Source of the DNA: an uncultured Acidobacteriota bacterium
GTDB lineage: Bacteria > Acidobacteriota > Terriglobia > Acidiferrales > UBA7541
Direction: 5' to 3'
Assembly: GCA_963828935.1 (NCBI GenBank)
Contig: CAWHGP010000005.1
Location: 359,100-423,099, forward strand
DNA length: 64,000 nt
The position numbers were made by a program, and so were the translations under genes. How positions within the stretch are numbered: the stretch's first letter is position 1; every line of letters begins with the position of its first letter. The notes under the pieces were generated by a model. It did not search any database. It was not told the origin of the DNA and saw only the letters and a program-made list of their open reading frames with translations. Positions 59,579 to 64,000 of the stretch are shown here, in pieces.

Positions 59579-60505
59579 ATGTCCAAGCGCTTGGTGGTTT
59601 GGATCATGATGCTGATGGCAGCGTGGATAACCTCTCCGCTTTTGCGCGCCCAAACTGCCGCGCCTAAGGCGGCCGCAGATCAGGCCAAGCCAGAGAAATG
59701 GAATAATATCCCGCCATCGCGGTCCTCATATAAGGACAAAAAGCCTGGCGGTGCAGCCCCGCGCCGTGACATTTCTGGCATCTGGGATTCGGCGCAATCG
59801 CTAGGGACTAGTGGTGCACCTGAACACGTGGCGCTTCTTCCTGGAGGACGCGGTCAGGAAGGAGGGCACCCGGACGAGACGGGAATCACCAAACCGCTGC
59901 CTTATACGCCTGCAGGGCTAGCGGCACTCAAAGCCAATCATCCCTCGGGACCAGGGGTGCGACAAGTGGACGCCGCGCTGTCCAATGATCCGGCAGATAA
60001 ATGCGATCCGCTGGGATTTCCGTATATGTTTCTTTGGGAATTCCGGACCATCAACGTGGTTCAGACCTCCCGGCAAGTGGTGATGTTGAGTCCGTTCTAC
60101 GGCAATTATCGCGTCATCTGGACCGATGGGCGGGAATTGCCCAAGGATCCCGATCCGCGCTACAACGGGTACTCGGTGGGCAAATGGGTGGATGACTATA
60201 CCTTCGTCGTCGAAACTACGGGACTGAATCCCAGAAGCTGGATCGATCACGCCGGCCGCCCGCATAGTGATCAGTTGCAGGTGGAGGAGACCTACCATCG
60301 CGTCAGTCTTGACACCATCGAATACACGATGAAGATTACCGATCCGAAGATGTATACCGAACCATGGCTGGCCGATGACAAACTCCCGCTCCACTTGATG
60401 CCGCCCGATTTCGACATTCCGGAACTGCTCTGCTCTCCTAGTGAGTTCGGGGATTACAACAACCAGGTAGGTGGCGTTGTTATTCGCGATCCTTCTAAGA
60501 AATAG
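59579..60505 (+). CDS. A-type exported protein (A6)
   Basis: AGGGGGA box before the ATG at 59579 (MSKRLVVWIMMLMAAWITSPLLRAQ). The central ~165 aa are identical to A5 except one M/V; the ends are diverged. Confidence 0.8.
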   Translation: MSKRLVVWIMMLMAAWITSPLLRAQTAAPKAAADQAKPEKWNNIPPSRSSYKDKKPGGAAPRRDISGIWDSAQSLGTSGAPEHVALLPGGRGQEGGHPDETGITKPLPYTPAGLAALKANHPSGPGVRQVDAALSNDPADKCDPLGFPYMFLWEFRTINVVQTSRQVVMLSPFYGNYRVIWTDGRELPKDPDPRYNGYSVGKWVDDYTFVVETTGLNPRSWIDHAGRPHSDQLQVEETYHRVSLDTIEYTMKITDPKMYTEPWLADDKLPLHLMPPDFDIPELLCSPSEFGDYNNQVGGVVIRDPSKK

Positions 60506-60692
60506 CGATTATCCTCGAGATCCTGCCGGAAAACGTCGCCGGTGTACGACCCAAACCGACTATTCGTCGGGTCCCAAAATCAACACTTTCTTCCAGTTTG
60601 CCTCAGAAGTGATGCGACGTAGCTTTTGGGTCTTTGGTTAAGCTCGTTATCAGCCACCCACGTGTCCAGGCGCGCTAACAAAGAGGCCAATA

Positions 60693-61166
60693 ATGTGGGA
60701 AACGCTTCAACACGCCGAATGGGTGGCGAGACTTGCTGAGTCTAGGTGGTTGTATGGGCTGATATCGGTGGTTCATTATTGCAGCCTGTTTTTTTGCGTC
60801 GGAACTATCGTGCTGCTGGATTTACGAATTCTCGGTATTGCCAATCGTAATCGGGCCTTGGCTGCACTTGCCGAACAGCTTCAGCCCTCGACTTGGATAG
60901 GGTTGGGGTTCGCTACGGTCTCCGGCTTTTTGCTGTTCGCTACTGAGGCCGGGGACTACGCGGCGGTGACACCTTTTCGCGTTAAGATGCTGGTCATCGT
61001 CATGGCCGTCATTTTTACCCTGATTGTGCAATGCAACGTGGCGAAGTGGGATCGGGCACCTGTGATGCCGATTGCAGCCAAACTTCTCGCCGTCGCTTCC
61101 ATTGTGCTTTGGTTAGGAGCAATCCTTGTCGGCTTGGAAATCGCCCCAATTACCGGTTTGGGATAA
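60693..61166 (+). CDS. Polytopic membrane protein, paralogue M1 (possibly the family catalogued as DUF6644; from memory, unverified)
   Basis: Four predicted TM helices. Motifs: SRWLYGLISVVHYCSLFF, LLDLRILG, WIGLGFATVSGFLLF, FRVKM. Confidence 0.65.
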   Translation: MWETLQHAEWVARLAESRWLYGLISVVHYCSLFFCVGTIVLLDLRILGIANRNRALAALAEQLQPSTWIGLGFATVSGFLLFATEAGDYAAVTPFRVKMLVIVMAVIFTLIVQCNVAKWDRAPVMPIAAKLLAVASIVLWLGAILVGLEIAPITGLG

Positions 61167-61236
61167 ATTGGGGACACAAGGCCAGCTCGCACAAGCGTGA
61201 ATGCGGAGGCACCAAGGCCTTACCGATCGTCACAGC

Positions 61237-61740
61237 ATGCATGAAACACTGCAGGCCTTCGTCAAATGGCTGGACAACACGCCCTGGGGCGTCGCGGTTC
61301 GCGGTTCGTCATGGATGTATCCGATAATCGAGTGGGTTCATTTTAGTGGCCTATCCGTGGGGTTGGGGAGCAGCGTTGTCGTGGATTTACGTCTTATGGG
61401 CGTAGGCCGACGGCGAATGAGCGCCGCCCAGCTTTCTGACGGCCTGTTTGCCTGGAACTGGATCGGATTTTGCGTCGCCTTTCTCGGTGGATTTTTGCTG
61501 TTTTCAGCCGACGCTACGACGTACGTGTCCAATACAGGCTTTTGTGTGAAACTGGGAGTACTCACTCCGCTGGCGCTGATCTGGCACGTAGTTGTTCAAA
61601 AGAGAACGCCAGCCTGGACCCATGCTGAAGAAAAATCAGCGGTCGGTAAATGGGCGGGGTTAGTGGAGCTCCTGTTGTGGATCTCCGTAATATCCGCTTC
61701 TGTCTATTTCCTACTTACCAATGCTGTAACCCACCCGTAG
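61237..61740 (+). CDS. Polytopic membrane protein, paralogue M2
   Basis: MHETLQAFVKW parallels MWETLQHAEWV of M1. SSWMYPIIEWVHFSGLSVG, VVDLRLMG, WIGFCVAFLGGFLLF, FCVKL. Confidence 0.65.
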   Translation: MHETLQAFVKWLDNTPWGVAVRGSSWMYPIIEWVHFSGLSVGLGSSVVVDLRLMGVGRRRMSAAQLSDGLFAWNWIGFCVAFLGGFLLFSADATTYVSNTGFCVKLGVLTPLALIWHVVVQKRTPAWTHAEEKSAVGKWAGLVELLLWISVISASVYFLLTNAVTHP

Positions 61741-61816
61741 GCGGACAAGTTCCAAGCGCGCAGTTCTGCGAGATATATTGAATGGTGAGAGAGCCAGACA
61801 GGAAGCTCGCCCCAGA

Positions 61817-62326
61817 CTATTGATTATTGATATTGCCCAACCCCGCGACTGGTCCGAGGTAAGCCAGTAATCGGCCAGCAGTGATGGCTCCGAGCCAGCA
61901 TACGAGTGAGGCCCACGCCAATACCTTGGCGCTGGAGGGAAGAACCTTGTGATCCAACTCCGGATCTTGGAATAACCTCTTGCGCATGAGTACTAGAAGC
62001 CACACACCTCCAAAGACAAACGCCATCTTAACGTAGAAGACCGGGTTGGTGAGTCGCGTCGTCGCATCCGCAACAGCGAGAACGGTGCCGGTTACCGTGC
62101 TGATCCAAAATCCCAGCCATATCGGCCCGTAGAGTCGCTCGAGCGGACTGGTGGGCAGTTTGGGCCAAAAGCCCAGAAAGACCAAGTCAAGAGTAGCGCT
62201 CAGCCCAGCAACAATCGACATGCTCAAGGTATGCAGGAAAAGGAACATTGGAAATGCCCAAACAGAATCAGACTCCCGCAACCATACGCAAAACGGAATC
62301 TGTTCAAGCTTAAGGAGAAAATTCAT
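61817..62326 (-). CDS. Polytopic membrane protein, paralogue M3
   Basis: DSVWAFPMFLFLHTLSMSIV, TLDLVFLG, WLGFWISTVTGTVL, FYVKM. Confidence 0.65.
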   Translation of the reverse strand: MNFLLKLEQIPFCVWLRESDSVWAFPMFLFLHTLSMSIVAGLSATLDLVFLGFWPKLPTSPLERLYGPIWLGFWISTVTGTVLAVADATTRLTNPVFYVKMAFVFGGVWLLVLMRKRLFQDPELDHKVLPSSAKVLAWASLVCWLGAITAGRLLAYLGPVAGLGNINNQ

Positions 62327-62401
62327 CGCATGACCATCCTGAACTTTATCGGAAGAATGAGACTAACCTGCGGACAGTTCGCCAGCAACTTAGTTCTTTG
62401 A

Positions 62402-62614
62402 TCAAACCTGCTCCCCCTTTGAACGCACCAAAGAACCCACAGGTTTCAACGTGCCGGATTCGGGAATTGGTCGATCCTGGTCAGGCTCAACATGGTCGAC
62501 AGTCTTATCGATCAGGTAGCCGATGGCTCCCACGGTGGCCACGACCACAATGGTAGCCAACACGACCGCCAAACCTAGAGACAATCTGCACCCCGCTCGA
62601 GAATAATGCTGCAC
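62402..62614 (-). CDS. Small single-TM protein (70 aa), hypothetical
   Basis: One hydrophobic helix (LGLAVVLATIVVVATVGAIGYLI). Sits between M4 and M3 on the same strand. No other support. Confidence 0.35.
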   Translation of the reverse strand: MQHYSRAGCRLSLGLAVVLATIVVVATVGAIGYLIDKTVDHVEPDQDRPIPESGTLKPVGSLVRSKGEQV

Positions 62615-62653
62615 TTCCAGAGACCCTTCGGCATCATCTCTGGACCGGTCAAT

Positions 62654-63604
62654 TCAGAATGCATTTCCCAGGAATGGTAGCATTAGGCCGCAGAACATCA
62701 CTCCCACCCACAGAGCAACTCCGGATAGGGCAATCGCCTTGAGCTTGAACGAAGCCACATCTTTCGCACGCAAATCCCAGGGGCCGTCAAACAAAGTGAA
62801 ATAAATTGCATTTGCTCCGGCGATTAACATCAAAGCCATCTTCCAGTAGAACATCGGATTTTTGATGTACTGTTCCGGGGCACCCACGAAGTAGACCATG
62901 CCCGTAAACAAATTTAGCGCAAAGCCTAACATACCCCACGGAAGCAGCCGATGCACAGCCGCAAAGGGCACGTTTTTCATTACACCGAGAACTCGCAAAT
63001 CCACAAGTAATACAATGCCCATCAAGAGAGTCAGCCCGATGAAGTGCAGAGTTTGGCATGTCGCCCAAACCCACCGAGATTCGCCCGCTCCGCCCACTGC
63101 GAAACGGCCGATAGCCCTGGCATCGACACTTAGCCACGAAGCCGCTGGCACACTTGCGTCTACGTTGGAAACGATCTCCGGATGCCGGATTTGGCCGCCC
63201 AGGTTGGAGGCGTTCGCCATCAAACCAACCGTGATCAGGCAAAGAACCAACATCGTAGCCAGCGTGCCGCTCCCAAAGCTGGAAGTTCTGCGAAACCGCC
63301 ATAATCCAAACCAAGCCGTTGCACCTGTGATCTCCATAAGAACATATGCTGGCAGCGCTGCATTTTCATGTCGCCTGATCGATTGTTCTGAAACACCTGG
63401 GAGATTCTTAATCGCCTGTTCCGCAGCGTTACCGCTCATGTATACCGGTATGGATAGCAGGGCGATCCCTAGAAAGAGTAGGAGGCTGGCTTTTTTCAGG
63501 TCCGCATTGTTCCCAACAAGAGCACTAACAAAGAGAGCCACTCCGATAATAGTGCCGATGACCGGAAAATGATTAATCAACAAATGTGCATGTGCTAAAT
63601 TCAT
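62654..63604 (-). CDS. Fusion membrane protein M4: DUF2231-like N-half plus M-type C-half
   Basis: The N-half HLLINHFPVIGTIIGVALF resembles the H-x-x-x-x-HFP helix of DUF2231-type proteins. The C-half SRWVWATCQTLHFIGLTLL, LVDLRVLG, WGMLGFALNLFTG, FYWKM matches M1-M3. Confidence 0.7.
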   Translation of the reverse strand: MNLAHAHLLINHFPVIGTIIGVALFVSALVGNNADLKKASLLLFLGIALLSIPVYMSGNAAEQAIKNLPGVSEQSIRRHENAALPAYVLMEITGATAWFGLWRFRRTSSFGSGTLATMLVLCLITVGLMANASNLGGQIRHPEIVSNVDASVPAASWLSVDARAIGRFAVGGAGESRWVWATCQTLHFIGLTLLMGIVLLVDLRVLGVMKNVPFAAVHRLLPWGMLGFALNLFTGMVYFVGAPEQYIKNPMFYWKMALMLIAGANAIYFTLFDGPWDLRAKDVASFKLKAIALSGVALWVGVMFCGLMLPFLGNAF

Positions 63605-63854
63605 GGATTACTTTACATTGTCCTTCCTGCCGTCGCGGCTACAAAACCTTAACCGGATTTCTATGAGTTAGCCGCCTCTCTGATCGCCCGCTTTTCGTTG
63701 AGCCGCACTCTCGCTTTGCAATCGTCAGTGCCTATTTTTGTGGCCGCACCAGGAATTGAGGGCATGGGGTTTTGAGACTTCAGGTCTGCCTGTTAAGGGC
63801 GCCATGATAGTCTCCTCAGAGCAACGTGTCAACCAATCTGCGGCACTTGTACGT

Positions 63855-63888
63855 GTGGCGGGTCAGTTTCTGAAAACTGACCCGCCAC
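63855..63888 (-). terminator. Perfect 15-bp stem hairpin just downstream of the TBDR3 stop
   Basis: GTGGCGGGTCAGTTT-CTGA-AAACTGACCCGCCAC, 24 nt after the stop at 63912-63914. There is no clear U-tract. Confidence 0.45.
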
Positions 63889-63911
63889 GCCTCGACCCTC
63901 TGCTGATGCCC

Positions 63912-64000
63912 TAGAAAAGGTACTTCAAACCGAACTGAATGACCCGAGGAGATGCCACCATGCTGACAATCTGCCCGAAGGTGGCGGTGTTAGCGTTGAT
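63912..64000 (-). CDS. C-terminal end of a third TonB-dependent receptor (TBDR3), continues past the right edge
   Basis: The minus-strand translation ...INANTATFGQIVSMVASPRVIQFGLKYLF* matches the C-termini of TBDR1 and TBDR2. Confidence 0.8.

Noticed and set aside
1-64000. Search for tRNA, rRNA, CRISPR arrays and long tandem repeats.
   Set aside because: No T-loop-like GGTTCGAAT/GGTTCGAGT context in intergenic regions, no rRNA-like conserved blocks and no regularly spaced short direct repeats were seen. The only repeats are IS copies and the gene duplications described.

Overview
This is a GC-rich bacterial chromosomal segment. The protein vocabulary looks Acidobacteriota-like: very large TonB-dependent receptors (TBDRs) with an N-terminal carboxypeptidase-regulatory-like domain and a ...KYLF/KFLF terminus, exported beta-propellers and amidohydrolases. 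That taxonomic call is inference only. All comparisons were made by eye from the sequence and the ORF track; no searches were run.

Two themes dominate.

(1) Heavy insertion-sequence traffic and gene decay.
- One broken IS256-family transposase lies at the left edge.
- Two near-identical IS630-family copies are present; one carries a nonsense mutation and the other is intact and sits inside a gene.
- A second IS630-like family is represented by one degenerate element with perfect 15-bp inverted repeats and one fragment.
- One IS3-family element has a broken orfB.
- A different IS3-family element is present as three partial or rearranged copies plus one scar.
- A resolvase and RepB-primase remnant is also present.
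- Many ordinary genes are frameshifted or truncated.

(2) An iterated set of exported-protein cassettes attached to TBDRs, from about 20.9 kb to the right edge.
- B: small DUF6152-like proteins whose predicted mature N-terminus is His-His.
- A: ~290-310 aa proteins with two conserved cysteines, plus the more distant relatives C and F.
- D: two dihaem cytochromes c of the photosynthetic-reaction-centre-subunit type.
- A metallo-beta-lactamase (MBL)-fold protein with a degenerate HxHxDH motif.
- A membrane-anchored cytochrome with eight CxxCH motifs.
- A cluster of paralogous polytopic membrane proteins.

I cannot assign this ensemble to a characterised pathway, and it is the main candidate for something new. 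An apparently intact operon on the left encodes a hybrid histidine kinase, an outer-membrane beta-barrel protein and an amicyanin-like cupredoxin. I found no rRNA, tRNA or CRISPR array.
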